A stretch of DNA of 64,000 nucleotides from positions 56,056-120,055 of the forward strand of contig JALHMH010000012.1 in the NCBI GenBank assembly GCA_022844165.1. The letters run 5' to 3'. Made by a program: the position numbers and the translations under genes. The notes below the pieces were generated by a model. That model made no database searches, had not been told where the DNA came from, and was given only the letters and a program-made list of their open reading frames with translations. Below are positions 1 through 10,053 of the stretch, in pieces (position 1 is the stretch's first letter; the number at the start of each line of letters is the position of its first letter). Source of the stretch: Lysobacterales bacterium. GTDB taxonomy: Bacteria > Pseudomonadota > Gammaproteobacteria > Xanthomonadales > SZUA-5.

Positions 1-458
1 ATGCCAACCGCGCTGGACAATGCGCCGATGCCAAAGCCGCTGGGCAGCAGCCACAGGCGACTGGCGCTTTTCGGATCGCCGCGCGGTCGCATCATCTGCC
101 AGGCGGCAAAGAAACAGAAAATGGCAACAATCAGCGCGAGCGTAGTGCGCGACAGGCTGGCCACAATCAGCGCGCCGCCGCCGCTGCCAATGAGCAGGCC
201 AGGGAGCAGCCACCCGAGCGCGGCCACATCGACTCCTCCGCGTCTAAAGTGCGCGTAACCGCTCGCTGCCCCGGTCAAAACGATGCTGGCCAACGAGGTT
301 GCGACCGCAGCATGCAACGCGAAGGCGGGTGGCACGCCTTGATGCGGCAAGAAGGCTGCCAGCACAGGCACAATGACCAGGCCGCCGCCGACGCCAAGTA
401 GTCCGGCGAGCAAACCAGCAATCGCGCCCAGGCACAAAAGGACAAACAGATCGGGCAT
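1..458 (-). CDS. Sulfite exporter TauE/SafE (TSUP) family membrane protein, 3' end outside the window
   Basis: Not in the ORF track. Manual translation from ATG at 458 gives MPDLFVLLCLGAIAGLLAGLLGVGGGLVIVPVL...HAAVATSLASIV, with the TSUP G-x-GGG and A-x-ATSL motifs. The frame is open to the window edge. Confidence 0.85.
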   Translation of the reverse strand, partial: MPDLFVLLCLGAIAGLLAGLLGVGGGLVIVPVLAAFLPHQGVPPAFALHAAVATSLASIVLTGAASGYAHFRRGGVDVAALGWLLPGLLIGSGGGALIVASLSRTTLALIVAIFCFFAAWQMMRPRGDPKSASRLWLLPSGFGIGALSSAVG

Positions 459-538
459 AAGCGACTTGGGTTCAGCCCTTCGAATTTGCAACCAGAACGT
501 GGGTTAAGATTCGGTCTCGAGACGTTGGTGCCGGCCCA

Positions 539-1951
539 TCACCTTGTCAGGAAAGCAATGAGCCGATCAGCGAAGTTGCGATACGGCGGCTTTAGCAAGG
601 ATAGCGACGACCATCGCGCTTGATAAAAAACGGGCTTTTGTTTGGAGAAGGTCAAAAAGCCATGGTGACCGTGGTAATGGCCGATCCCGGATGGCCCAAC
701 GCCGCCAAACGGCAGCGCTGATTGTGCGATGTGCAAAACACAGTCGTTGATGGTCACCCCGCCGGCGATGGTGCTGTCGAGTACACGTTTCGTACGTTCG
801 CTATCGAGGTCGAAGTGATAGAGCGCCAGAGGTCGATCGTGGTCGTTGATATAGGCGATTGCTTCATCGAGCGAGCGATACGGCAAGATCGGCAAGATCG
901 GTCCGAAGATTTCTTCGCTCATCAGTCTAGATTGTGCCGGCGGATTCAATACCAGCGTCGGCGGGAAAATGCGGTTGGCCGGATCGAGCGCTTCGTTCGC
1001 CGGATTGATCTGGATGATCTGCGCGCCACCTGCTTGTGCTTCTTCGAGCAGTTGCTGCAATCTCAAGTAATGCCGGTCGGTCGCGATACTGGTGTAGTCC
1101 ACGCTGGAACGTAGCGACGGATAGCGTTCGCTCAGTTCCTTTCGCAGTGCCTGCGTGAGCGCCGAAATCTGATCCGCCGGCGCGAGAATGTAGTCCGGCG
1201 CGATGCAGGTCTGCCCTGCGTTCAAGAACTTTCCCGCCGTGAGGCGCGCTGCGGCGGTGGTCATCGGGTAGTCCGGCGCGATGATCGCGGGCGATTTTCC
1301 GCCCAGTTCCAAAGTCACGGGGGTCAGGTTTTTTGCCGCCGCCTGCATCACGATGCGGCCAACGCTGGTTGAGCCGGTGAAGAACAAATGGTCGAAGGGC
1401 AGGGTGGAGAACTGCGCCGCCACATCCGGTCCACCCAACACCACGCAAACCTGGTCGCTGGGAAATACCTCCGCGAGCATCGCTTTGAGTAATTCCGATG
1501 TGCGCGGGGTCAATTCGGACGGCTTGAGCATCGCCCGATTGCCCGCTGCGATGGCCGCAACCAAGGGCATCAGTGCCAGATTCACCGGGTAGTTCCATGG
1601 CGAAATGATGCCGACCACGCCGACCGGCTGAAATCGAATCTCGGAGCGGCCCGGCAGGAACTGCCAGCTGGTCGAAACCCGCCTGGGTTTCATCCAGCGC
1701 TTCAAGTTCTTAAGCGTGTAATCGATGTCATGCAACACCGTCATCACGTCGCTCAGCAGCGTCTCGTGGCGCGAGCGGCGCCCAAAATCAGCGCTGGTAG
1801 CAGCCACGATATCTTCAGCTCTGGATTTTACCGCTGCTCTCAGGCGCTTTAAGTCGGCGATACGATCGGCATAGCCCAGGGTACTGCGAGCTTGCGCGGC
1901 TTGCAGGCGTTTGAGTTCTATCAACAGTGAGTCGGGCGTCGAGCCGTCCAT
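539..1951 (-). CDS. Aldehyde dehydrogenase, class 3 / coniferyl-aldehyde dehydrogenase-like
   Basis: Motifs PWNYP, LKPSE, FTGST, LELGGKSP, NAGQTCIAPDY, EEIFGP. Start moved to MDGSTP (1951) because the longer ORF overlaps potF. Confidence 0.9.
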   Translation of the reverse strand: MDGSTPDSLLIELKRLQAAQARSTLGYADRIADLKRLRAAVKSRAEDIVAATSADFGRRSRHETLLSDVMTVLHDIDYTLKNLKRWMKPRRVSTSWQFLPGRSEIRFQPVGVVGIISPWNYPVNLALMPLVAAIAAGNRAMLKPSELTPRTSELLKAMLAEVFPSDQVCVVLGGPDVAAQFSTLPFDHLFFTGSTSVGRIVMQAAAKNLTPVTLELGGKSPAIIAPDYPMTTAAARLTAGKFLNAGQTCIAPDYILAPADQISALTQALRKELSERYPSLRSSVDYTSIATDRHYLRLQQLLEEAQAGGAQIIQINPANEALDPANRIFPPTLVLNPPAQSRLMSEEIFGPILPILPYRSLDEAIAYINDHDRPLALYHFDLDSERTKRVLDSTIAGGVTINDCVLHIAQSALPFGGVGPSGIGHYHGHHGFLTFSKQKPVFYQARWSSLSLLKPPYRNFADRLIAFLTR

Positions 1952-2048
1952 AACGATTGAGCCGTTAAAAGGTCCAACGCAAGTGTACGGCTTTTCAGTC
2001 GAGCCAGCTTGTCGCATGATCGGGGCTGGTCGGCACTGGAGCGTTTCG

Positions 2049-3131
2049 ATGAAAGCATGGTTGGTAGCGACTCTGACGTTGGTGGCACCGGTTGCAATCG
2101 CGCAAAAACAGGTGAATGTGTACAACTGGTCCGATTACATCACCGAAGATGCATTGCGCTCGTTTACTCAGGAGACCGGCATCAAGGTGGTTTACGACGT
2201 CTACGACAATAACGAGGTGCTTTCCGCCAAGTTGCTGGCGGGCAGAAGTGGATACGACCTGGTGTTTCCGTCGGCGCGGCCTTTCGCCGCCCGGCATGTC
2301 GCGAGTGGGTTGTATCTGCCGCTCGACAAATCCAAGTTGCCGAACTGGAAAAATCTCTACCCGGATGTGCTCAAAGGCTTGGCTTCGATCGATCCGGGCA
2401 ACGCGCATCTGATGCCGTACATGTGGGGTACGACCGGCATCGGCTACAACGTCGACAAGGTCGCGCAAGTGATGGGCAAAGACTTCAAGGTCGATTCCTG
2501 GAAAGTGTTGTTTGATCCTGCAACAGCCAAGAAGTTGTCTTCCTGCGGAATTGCCCTGCTGGATGACGAAGTCGAAGGTCTGGGTGCTGCGCTGATCTAC
2601 CTGGGCAAAGCGCCCAAGAGCGGTAATGTGGCGGATTTGACCGCGGTCACCAATTTGTACCAACCCATTCGGCCTTCGATTCGCTACTTCTCATCGAGCC
2701 GCTATATCGATGATCTGGCCAATGGCGACATTTGTATTGCCATGGGCTACTCGGGCGATGTCCTGCAGGCGCGCGATCGTGCGGCGGAGGCTGAAAACGG
2801 CGTCAACATCGCTTACGCGATACCCAAAGAAGGGGCGATCCGCTGGGTCGACAGCGCAGCCATTCCTAAAGACGCGAAAAACGTCGCCGAAGCGCACGCC
2901 TTTCTGGACTATCTGATGCGCCCGGCTGTGATCGCCAGCATTACCAATTACGTCACCTATGCAAACGGCAATCAGGCAGCAACGGCGAGCGTCGATCCCG
3001 ATATTCGCAACGATCCGGGCATCTATCCGCCGCCGGCCGTCGCTGCAAAATTGATCGACGACACGCTTCCGAGCAACGCTGAGCAAAGGCCGCGCGTGCG
3101 TGCATGGACCAAAATCAAAACGGGGCGTTAG
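2049..3131 (+). CDS. potF: Putrescine/polyamine ABC transporter substrate-binding protein
   Basis: Signal peptide, then VNVYNWSDYI, YDVYDNNEVL, PYMWGTTGIGYN, GYSGD, IPKEG. First gene of the pot operon. Confidence 0.93.
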   Translation: MKAWLVATLTLVAPVAIAQKQVNVYNWSDYITEDALRSFTQETGIKVVYDVYDNNEVLSAKLLAGRSGYDLVFPSARPFAARHVASGLYLPLDKSKLPNWKNLYPDVLKGLASIDPGNAHLMPYMWGTTGIGYNVDKVAQVMGKDFKVDSWKVLFDPATAKKLSSCGIALLDDEVEGLGAALIYLGKAPKSGNVADLTAVTNLYQPIRPSIRYFSSSRYIDDLANGDICIAMGYSGDVLQARDRAAEAENGVNIAYAIPKEGAIRWVDSAAIPKDAKNVAEAHAFLDYLMRPAVIASITNYVTYANGNQAATASVDPDIRNDPGIYPPPAVAAKLIDDTLPSNAEQRPRVRAWTKIKTGR

Positions 3132-3134
3132 GCT

Positions 3135-4277
3135 GTGGCACAGGCGTCGCGGCGGCCAGCCGCGCTGGAACCTTGGCAGGACGCCAACGCGCGGCCGTTT
3201 TTGCGCATCCAGAACATCACCAAGACCTTCGGCAATACCTATGCAGTGGACGATGTGTCGTGCGACGTTTACCAGGGAGAGTTCTTCTCGCTGTTGGGCG
3301 GATCCGGCTGTGGTAAGTCCACGCTATTGCGCATTCTGGCGGGCCTGGAAACCCCCAACAGTGGGCGCATTTTGATCGATGGCGTCGATGTGACCAACAT
3401 GCCGCCCTACGAGCGGCCGGTGAATATGATGTTCCAGAGTTATGCGCTGTTTCCGCATATGACCGTGGAGCAGAACATCGCTTTCGGACTCAAACAGGAT
3501 CGGATGCCGAAGGCGCAAGTGGCAGAGCGCGTCGATGCGATGTTGGAACTGGTCAAAATGCGCGAGCTCCGCGCGCGGCGGCCGGATCAACTATCCGGCG
3601 GCCAACGCCAGCGCGTCGCACTGGCCCGGTCGCTCGCTAAACAACCCAAGCTCTTGCTACTGGACGAGCCCTTGGGAGCGCTCGACAAAAAGCTTCGCGA
3701 GCACACGCAGTTTGAACTGATGACGATTCAAGAGCGTGTCGGCACAACGTTCATTACCGTCACGCACGATCAAGAAGAGGCGATGACCATGTCGACGCGT
3801 GTGGCGGTGATGGACGCCGGGCGCATTGTGCAAGTCAACACGCCGGCGAACCTGTATGAGTTTCCGGCAAACCGCTTCGTCGCCGAGTTCATTGGATCCG
3901 TCAACATCATCGAAGGGCGGGTGATCGAGCAGTTGGATGGCGAGGTTCGGATCCAGGCCGATGGCTTCGAAAACAGCTTCGTCATGGATCATCTCGATCC
4001 GTTGCCGCTCGGCACTTCAGTGGCCGTCGCCATTCGTCCGGAGAAGCTGAGTGTGCACGACGAGCGGCCTGTGGAGCGGCCGAACTGGGTGCAAGGCAAA
4101 GTCGTCGATATCGCTTATCTCGGGGACGTGTCGATTTACCACCTGTTGACACCACTGGGTCGCACCGTGCGCGTCCAGATCACCCACGAGCAACGCTACG
4201 AACGCCCGCATTATCGTTGGGAGGACGAGGTGTTCGTCAGCTGGGATTCGGAGGATGGGGTGCTGTTGCTTGGGTAG
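3135..4277 (+). CDS. potG: Putrescine ABC transporter ATP-binding protein
   Basis: Walker A GGSGCGKST, signature LSGGQRQR, Walker B LLLLDEP, C-terminal TOBE-like region. GTG start. Confidence 0.93.
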   Translation: MAQASRRPAALEPWQDANARPFLRIQNITKTFGNTYAVDDVSCDVYQGEFFSLLGGSGCGKSTLLRILAGLETPNSGRILIDGVDVTNMPPYERPVNMMFQSYALFPHMTVEQNIAFGLKQDRMPKAQVAERVDAMLELVKMRELRARRPDQLSGGQRQRVALARSLAKQPKLLLLDEPLGALDKKLREHTQFELMTIQERVGTTFITVTHDQEEAMTMSTRVAVMDAGRIVQVNTPANLYEFPANRFVAEFIGSVNIIEGRVIEQLDGEVRIQADGFENSFVMDHLDPLPLGTSVAVAIRPEKLSVHDERPVERPNWVQGKVVDIAYLGDVSIYHLLTPLGRTVRVQITHEQRYERPHYRWEDEVFVSWDSEDGVLLLG

Positions 4278-4357
4278 GCACGAGATCGCAACGTGGAGTG
4301 TCGATCGTAGCATTCAGTGATAGACGAGTTGATTGACACGGCGAGGGAGGTTGGCGC

Positions 4358-4747
4358 ATGACTTGGAAGCCACTGGATTACTTGGGACCCGATCCGCCAC
4401 CCGATGTTTCGAGAGTCTTCGACCATCTAAATCGGCTCGGATTCTGTTTTCGGCGTGCACCAAGAGGCACCGGAAAGACGCTGCTCTTGCTATTCAATGG
4501 TCAGAAGCTTGCGTATTACAATCGGCGAATTCACTCCCGTGGGGCTTGTGTCGGATACCAAAAAGGAGCGGTGTTGCTGGCGAACAAAAAAGCCACACTG
4601 GAGGAGTTTCGTGCGAAGTTTTCGCCCGGCCACACCGACTTCAGTTTCGACCCCGGTACCGGCACGAATTCGCATCGAGCGTATCTTGAGATCAAGAGCC
4701 GCGAGTTGGCGCTAATTGTTCTGAAGTGCCACGCGGGGCTGAAATAG
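4358..4747 (+). CDS. Hypothetical 129-aa protein between potG and potH
   Basis: GGAGG ribosome-binding site upstream of ATG. Stop is 2 nt before the potH ATG. Fills the potG-potH gap on the operon strand. Confidence 0.6.
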   Translation: MTWKPLDYLGPDPPPDVSRVFDHLNRLGFCFRRAPRGTGKTLLLLFNGQKLAYYNRRIHSRGACVGYQKGAVLLANKKATLEEFRAKFSPGHTDFSFDPGTGTNSHRAYLEIKSRELALIVLKCHAGLK

Positions 4748-4749
4748 AC

Positions 4750-5742
4750 ATGCAACCCTTCTCCTGGGCCCAGCTCTGGTTCGATGTGTTCCGCCGCATG
4801 TTTGCGTGGCTCGGCAGCTGGCGGCGCGAAATTCATCATCAGCGCGGGCGTGCCATTGTTGTGGGCTTGCCGCTGTTTTGGTTGGGTCTGTTCTTTCTTG
4901 CGCCATTGCTGATCCTGCTCAAGATCAGCTTTGCTGAAGCGAGCTACGAACAACCGCCGTTCACATCCTTGTTAAGCTGGGGCGAAGATCAAATTTTTTC
5001 GCTACGCTTTAACCTCGCCAATTACGCCACGCTGATTGCCGACTGTAGCGATCCGGCAACATCGTTGTACTGCTATGCCTATGTCAACTCGCTGAAAACC
5101 GCGGCGATTTCCACGCTGCTGGCATTGCTGGTGGGGTACCCGATTGCCTACGGTATTGCGAGGTCCAGTCCGAAATGGCGATTGCCGTTGCTGTTGCTTG
5201 TTGTATTGCCGTTTTGGACATCGTCGCTGCTTCGAACGTACGCCTGGATCGGCATCCTGAAAGGCAACGGATTGCTCAACAACACGCTCATGGCGTTGGG
5301 TTTGATCCAAGAGCCGCTGGAGATATTGCATACCGATATCGCGGTGTACATCGGCATTGTCTACGCCTACCTGCCGTTTATGGTGTTGCCGCTGGTCGCC
5401 AATCTGGTGAAGCTGGATCCGTTGTTGCTGGAGGCGGCGGCGGATCTCGGCTGTCGGCCCATTGCGGCGTTTTTCCGGGTGACATTGCCGCTGTCGATGC
5501 CGGGTGTGATTGCCGGGTCGATGTTGGTCTTTATTCCTGCGGTTGGCGAGTTCGTGATTCCAGAACTACTGGGCGGCCCCGATTCGCTGATGATTGGCCG
5601 CGTGCTGTGGAGCGAGTTCTTCACGAACACCGATTGGCCGCTCGCTTCGGCAATCGCGGTGGCGCTGTTGATGTTGATTGTCGTGCCAACCTTGATCTTC
5701 GAATACGTACAGTCGAGAAATTCGCCTGAGGTGCGGCGATGA
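4750..5742 (+). CDS. potH: Putrescine ABC transporter permease
   Basis: LPFWTSSLLRTYAWIGIL, YAYLPFMVLP and EAA loop (LLEAAADLG). Confidence 0.92.
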   Translation: MQPFSWAQLWFDVFRRMFAWLGSWRREIHHQRGRAIVVGLPLFWLGLFFLAPLLILLKISFAEASYEQPPFTSLLSWGEDQIFSLRFNLANYATLIADCSDPATSLYCYAYVNSLKTAAISTLLALLVGYPIAYGIARSSPKWRLPLLLLVVLPFWTSSLLRTYAWIGILKGNGLLNNTLMALGLIQEPLEILHTDIAVYIGIVYAYLPFMVLPLVANLVKLDPLLLEAAADLGCRPIAAFFRVTLPLSMPGVIAGSMLVFIPAVGEFVIPELLGGPDSLMIGRVLWSEFFTNTDWPLASAIAVALLMLIVVPTLIFEYVQSRNSPEVRR

Positions 5743-6545
5743 GACAGCGCCCCTTCGCGTTGTACACGGCGATGGCTTTTGGCTACGCTTTTTTGTATTT
5801 GCCGATCCTCTCGTTGATTGTGTACAGCTTCAACGAATCGCGGCTGGTCACTGTGTGGGCTGGGTTCTCCACCCGGTGGTACGGCGAGTTGTTCCGGAAC
5901 GAATCGCTGCTCGATGCAGCAATGAACAGTTTTGTCGTCGCCACCACCGCTGCGACGTTCTCGGTCACGCTCGGAACGCTCGCTGGTTTGGCTTTGTCGC
6001 GATTAGGTCGGTTCCGCGGACGCACGATGCTGTCGATCATGACCAGCGCGCCCCTGGTCATGCCTGAGGTGATGCTCGGATTGTCTTCACTTCTTCTGTT
6101 TGTATCGATGCAGCAATTGATCGGTTGGCCCGACGGTCGCGGTATCACCACGATCACCATCGCGCACGTGACCCTATGCACCAGCTATGTCACGATCATC
6201 GTGCAATCGCGCCTGGCGCAATTGGACGAAAGCCTGGAGGAAGCCGCCATGGATCTTGGAGCAAGGCCCTGGAAAGTGTTCTTTCTCGTCACATTGCCGG
6301 TGATCGCTCCGGCTCTGATCGCTGGTTGGTTGCTGGCGTTCACGTTGTCGCTCGATGATCTGGTGATCGCCAGTTTTGTGTCGGGTCCCGACTCAACAAC
6401 GTTGCCGATCGAGGTGTATTCCAAGGTTCGACTCGGCTTGACGCCGGAAGTGAATGCGCTGGCAACGCTGATCATCGTCTTCGTGACGGCGGTGATCACA
6501 CTCGTCGGATGGATTGTTCATCGCAGCAAGCCATCACGGACCTGA
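5739..6545 (+). CDS. potI: Putrescine ABC transporter permease
   Basis: YSFNESRLVTVWAGFSTRWY, EEAAMDLGA, FTLSLDD. ATGA overlap with potH. Confidence 0.93.
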   Translation: MRQRPFALYTAMAFGYAFLYLPILSLIVYSFNESRLVTVWAGFSTRWYGELFRNESLLDAAMNSFVVATTAATFSVTLGTLAGLALSRLGRFRGRTMLSIMTSAPLVMPEVMLGLSSLLLFVSMQQLIGWPDGRGITTITIAHVTLCTSYVTIIVQSRLAQLDESLEEAAMDLGARPWKVFFLVTLPVIAPALIAGWLLAFTLSLDDLVIASFVSGPDSTTLPIEVYSKVRLGLTPEVNALATLIIVFVTAVITLVGWIVHRSKPSRT

Positions 6546-6547
6546 TC

Positions 6548-7855
6548 CTACAGTTCGATCGTCACTCGACAACCGGTTGCATCCAGGCGGTTCGAAAGCG
6601 CCAAGGTCCCGGCGTGATTTTCGATGATCTGGCGCGCCAGGACCAGGCCGACCCCACTGCCGCCCGGTTTGGTGGTAAAAAACGGGACGAACAGATTCTC
6701 GGTCTTTGCCAGGCCTTTGCCGTCGTCATCGATTTCGATGCGTACGCCGCCAATGCGTTCCAGTAATCGTGCGCGCACGCCGCCACGCGTCTCCAGCGCG
6801 GCTTCAGCGGCATTTTTGATCAGGTTGATCAGCGCTTGTTCGATCTGATCTTGATCAAGCATCAGCGTCACATCCGGGCCGTCCTCTATGACAACAGGAA
6901 GGCGTTGTTCGAGGCGCGCAGCACGTTGCAGCAAAGCGCGAAGCGATACCTTGCGCTTGGTCGGCGGCGGCAGGCGAGCAAGACGCGTGTAGCCGGCCAT
7001 GAAGCGTGTTAACGAATCGGCGCGATCGCCGATGATCTGTAGCGCGCCCAGAACGTCTTCGCGCCAATCGTGCGGTAGCGGTTCGCGCGCAACGAGACCG
7101 GAGAGAGTTGAGGCCATTGAGCGAATCGGGGCCAGTGAATTGTTCAGCTCATGGCCGAGGACCCGAATCAACCGTTGCCAGGCACCACGTTCTTCCTCGC
7201 GCAGTGCGCGCGACAAGTCGGTGATCGCCAGCAGCTGATGCGGCCGACCACCTTCGCGGAAGGTTGTGCGACGTAGATCGAAGCTGCCAGCGCCGCCAGG
7301 AAATGTCGTCTTGAGCGTCGACGGGATTTCATCTGCGCAACAGTCTTCCAACCCAAGCTCGCTGGCGGTCAGTCCGAGCGCCGATTCCGCCCCTTGAGCC
7401 AGTAAACGCTCCCCGGCCGCGTTGATCAGTTTCAGTTGACGTTGGTCGTCGAACGCAAAGATCGCGATGTCCACATTGGACAGAACTTTGCTCAACAATG
7501 CGCCAGCCTCTTCGACCCGCAGCCGTTGCTCGCGCAATCTACTCGCCAATGCATTGACTTCCCAGAGCACTTCGCCCAGTGCATCCCCGCGTTTGGCCGA
7601 CGTACTGCGCAAGCTGTAATCGCCGGCACGCAGTGCATCAAGCAGATTGACCAACGTCAGCAATGGATGAACGATGCTTCGTCGCAGACGACTGGCGAGC
7701 CAGGCGGTTGCGACGACCAAAGTCGTTGCAGCGCCAAGGCGCCAGTGCACAGCGAAGGTTGTGTGCCAAATCAGCCATAGCGCGACAAGGATCGAGGGCA
7801 GGACCAGCAGCCCCATCCATAGCGCGATACGATGTTCATAGCGGATCGATTTCAT
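6548..7855 (-). CDS. Membrane sensor histidine kinase (2 TM, HAMP, PAS, HisKA, HATPase; NtrY/NtrB-like)
   Basis: H-box LGHELNNSLAPI, N-box NLIKNAAEA, G1 DDDGKG, F/G2 FVPFFTTKPGGSGVGL. Confidence 0.9.
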   Translation of the reverse strand: MKSIRYEHRIALWMGLLVLPSILVALWLIWHTTFAVHWRLGAATTLVVATAWLASRLRRSIVHPLLTLVNLLDALRAGDYSLRSTSAKRGDALGEVLWEVNALASRLREQRLRVEEAGALLSKVLSNVDIAIFAFDDQRQLKLINAAGERLLAQGAESALGLTASELGLEDCCADEIPSTLKTTFPGGAGSFDLRRTTFREGGRPHQLLAITDLSRALREEERGAWQRLIRVLGHELNNSLAPIRSMASTLSGLVAREPLPHDWREDVLGALQIIGDRADSLTRFMAGYTRLARLPPPTKRKVSLRALLQRAARLEQRLPVVIEDGPDVTLMLDQDQIEQALINLIKNAAEAALETRGGVRARLLERIGGVRIEIDDDGKGLAKTENLFVPFFTTKPGGSGVGLVLARQIIENHAGTLALSNRLDATGCRVTIEL

Positions 7856-7983
7856 CGCCGTCCGGTGTGCCGTTACCTAACCGCGTATACAGCGGATTCT
7901 CGGCGCAAAAGCGTATGCGTTGTAGATGCGCAGACCTGAGGCCGCAGGTCGCTTATCGGAATGGACGGTCCGGAAGCCAAGGA

Positions 7984-9372
7984 TCACGTGATCGCTTCGT
8001 CTGCCTCGCCCGGCGAACGAATGCCATATTTCTCCAAACGCCGATACAGCGCCGCGCGCGACAAACCGAGAATGTCGGAAGCACGTTGAACGTTGCCCTC
8101 GGCGCGAATCATCGCACGCCGAACCATCATTTCCTCGGCCGCGTCCAGTGTCATGTGATCGAGTTCGGTTTCGGTTGCTTGCGGTGCCGGGAAGCTGAAA
8201 GCCAGATCATCAATCTCGCCGCCGCGAGCCATCAGTACGGCTCGCTCCAAAACATGCGACAACTCCCGGACATTGCCGGGCCAGCCATAGCCAATCAGTG
8301 CGCGTTCGGCGCTGGGCGAGAGTTTCAGTGCGCTGCGCTGATAGCGCTCGGCGAAACGTGCCAACAGTCCACGCGCCAGTGGGAGTATGTCTTCCTTTCG
8401 CTCGCGCAGTGGTGGCAATCTGAGTTCGACGGTATTGAGCCGAAACAACAAGTCCTTGCGAAAACGACCCTTGGCGACATCGTCGGCAAGGTCCGCGTTG
8501 GTTGCCGAAATCAGGCGTATGTTGGCTCGACTCGTTCGCGACGAACCCAGGCGTTCGAACTCGCCGTCTTCAAGCACGCGCAGCAACTTCGGTTGTTGCG
8601 CAACGGGAATGTTGCCGACCTCGTCCAAAAAAAGTGTGCCGCCATCGGCCAACTCAAAACGCCCGATACGATCCTGCTTGGCATCCGTGAATGCGCCGCG
8701 CACATGGCCGAACATCTCGCTCTCGAACACGGATTCTGCGATGCCGCCCATGTTGACCTTAATCAGTGCTTTGTCGGCTCGCCGCGAATTTTGGTGGAGC
8801 AGGTCAGCGATCAGTCCCTTGCCGGTGCCGTTTTCGCCCAGCACCAGGATGTTTGCGTCCGTTGGCCCAACACGGGCGATCATGTCCAATATCGGACGCA
8901 TCGCGGCCGATTCCGCAACAAAATCCGCGCGCGTGCCTCGCAGGATCTCCACTTCACGTTCCAGTTTTTGCGCACGCTTTCGGGTTGCGCCGAAGTTTGC
9001 CTGATTGCGCAGGATCGACAGCAGGCGCGCGTTGTCCCAGGGTTTCTCGACAAAGTCGTTGGCGCCCCGGCGCATCGCCTCCACTGCAATATCAATCGTT
9101 CCCCAGGCGGTCATCACAACAACTGGCAGTTCAGCGTCCAGCGCGCGGATCTGAGCGAGTAGTTCAAGGCCTTCCTGGCCGCTGGTTGTGTCGCGTGTGT
9201 AGTTCAAGTCCATGAGCACGACCGAAACCGATTTGGTGCGCACAATTTCAAGGGCTGCTTCGGGGCTCATCGCCTGAAGCGACGCGATGCCCTCTGCCTT
9301 GAGCAGCAGACGCAATGCCTCCAAGACGTCACGCTGGTCGTCAGCAATGAGGATCGGTGCGTGTTCGGACAT
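7984..9372 (-). CDS. Sigma54-dependent response regulator (REC-AAA+-HTH, NtrC family)
   Basis: REC (ADD, LMDLN), Walker A GENGTGKG, GAFTDA loop, LFLDEVG, WPGNVREL, Fis-type HTH LGLSRAALYRRLEKYG. Confidence 0.93.
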   Translation of the reverse strand: MSEHAPILIADDQRDVLEALRLLLKAEGIASLQAMSPEAALEIVRTKSVSVVLMDLNYTRDTTSGQEGLELLAQIRALDAELPVVVMTAWGTIDIAVEAMRRGANDFVEKPWDNARLLSILRNQANFGATRKRAQKLEREVEILRGTRADFVAESAAMRPILDMIARVGPTDANILVLGENGTGKGLIADLLHQNSRRADKALIKVNMGGIAESVFESEMFGHVRGAFTDAKQDRIGRFELADGGTLFLDEVGNIPVAQQPKLLRVLEDGEFERLGSSRTSRANIRLISATNADLADDVAKGRFRKDLLFRLNTVELRLPPLRERKEDILPLARGLLARFAERYQRSALKLSPSAERALIGYGWPGNVRELSHVLERAVLMARGGEIDDLAFSFPAPQATETELDHMTLDAAEEMMVRRAMIRAEGNVQRASDILGLSRAALYRRLEKYGIRSPGEADEAIT

Positions 9373-9402
9373 GTCTGAAACTCTGACTGAAAATGGTGTA
9401 GC

Positions 9403-9418
9403 AGCAGTTTACGTGCCA
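9403..9418 (-). promoter_or_regulatory. Putative sigma54 (-24/-12) promoter
   Basis: Minus strand reads TGGCACGTAAACTGCT, with exact GG-N10-GC spacing, about 30 nt upstream of the regulator ATG. Confidence 0.6.
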
Positions 9419-9569
9419 TCGACAGCATCGTCTTCGAAAGAAACTGCTGGACCTGGAAAATGACCACCGTTTAACCTTGCATTTGGGCAGATTCGACACT
9501 ACATGCCATACTCGCGGGCTGCGCGCGTCGCTGCGCCGGAACTTACACTCATTACCTTTAGGAACTCTC

Positions 9570-10049
9570 ATGGCTGACGAAAACACCAACGGCGCAAACG
9601 GGAATGGCACGGCGGATCAAGGTCCGCAGCTGCAGGTGCAGAAGATCTACGTAAAAGATGCGTCGTTCGAAGCGCCGACGGCACCGCACATTTTTCAAGA
9701 GCAGGGCCAGCAGCGCATTGAGTTAAACCTCAATCAGAAGGCGCAGCAATTGGCGCCCAGCGTCTACGAAATTGTGCTGACGGTCACTGTGACCTGTAAG
9801 GTCGGCGAAAAGACGGCGTTCCTCGTGGAAGTTCAGCAGGCAGGCATTTTTGGCCTCCAGGGGTTCGATCCGCAGCAGCTCGATCTGGTCATCGGCACGT
9901 ATTGCCCGAACATCATCTTCCCCTATGCACGCCACGCAATATCGAGCCTGATCGAGCAGGGCGGATTCCCGCCGTTCCTGTTGCAACCGATCAACTTCGA
10001 GCAAATTTATGCCGAGCAGTTGCGTCGAAAGCAACAAGCAGCAGCCTGA
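9570..10049 (+). CDS. secB: Protein-export chaperone SecB
   Basis: QKIYVKDASFEAP, EVQQAGIF, CPNIIFPYAR, GGFPPFLLQPINFE. AGGA RBS before ATG 9570. Confidence 0.96.
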   Translation: MADENTNGANGNGTADQGPQLQVQKIYVKDASFEAPTAPHIFQEQGQQRIELNLNQKAQQLAPSVYEIVLTVTVTCKVGEKTAFLVEVQQAGIFGLQGFDPQQLDLVIGTYCPNIIFPYARHAISSLIEQGGFPPFLLQPINFEQIYAEQLRRKQQAAA

Positions 10050-10053
10050 TTGA

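Noticed and set aside
7663-9162. 499-aa plus-strand ORF
   Set aside because: Antisense shadow of the sigma54 regulator with no recognisable motifs. Long shadow ORFs are expected at this GC content.
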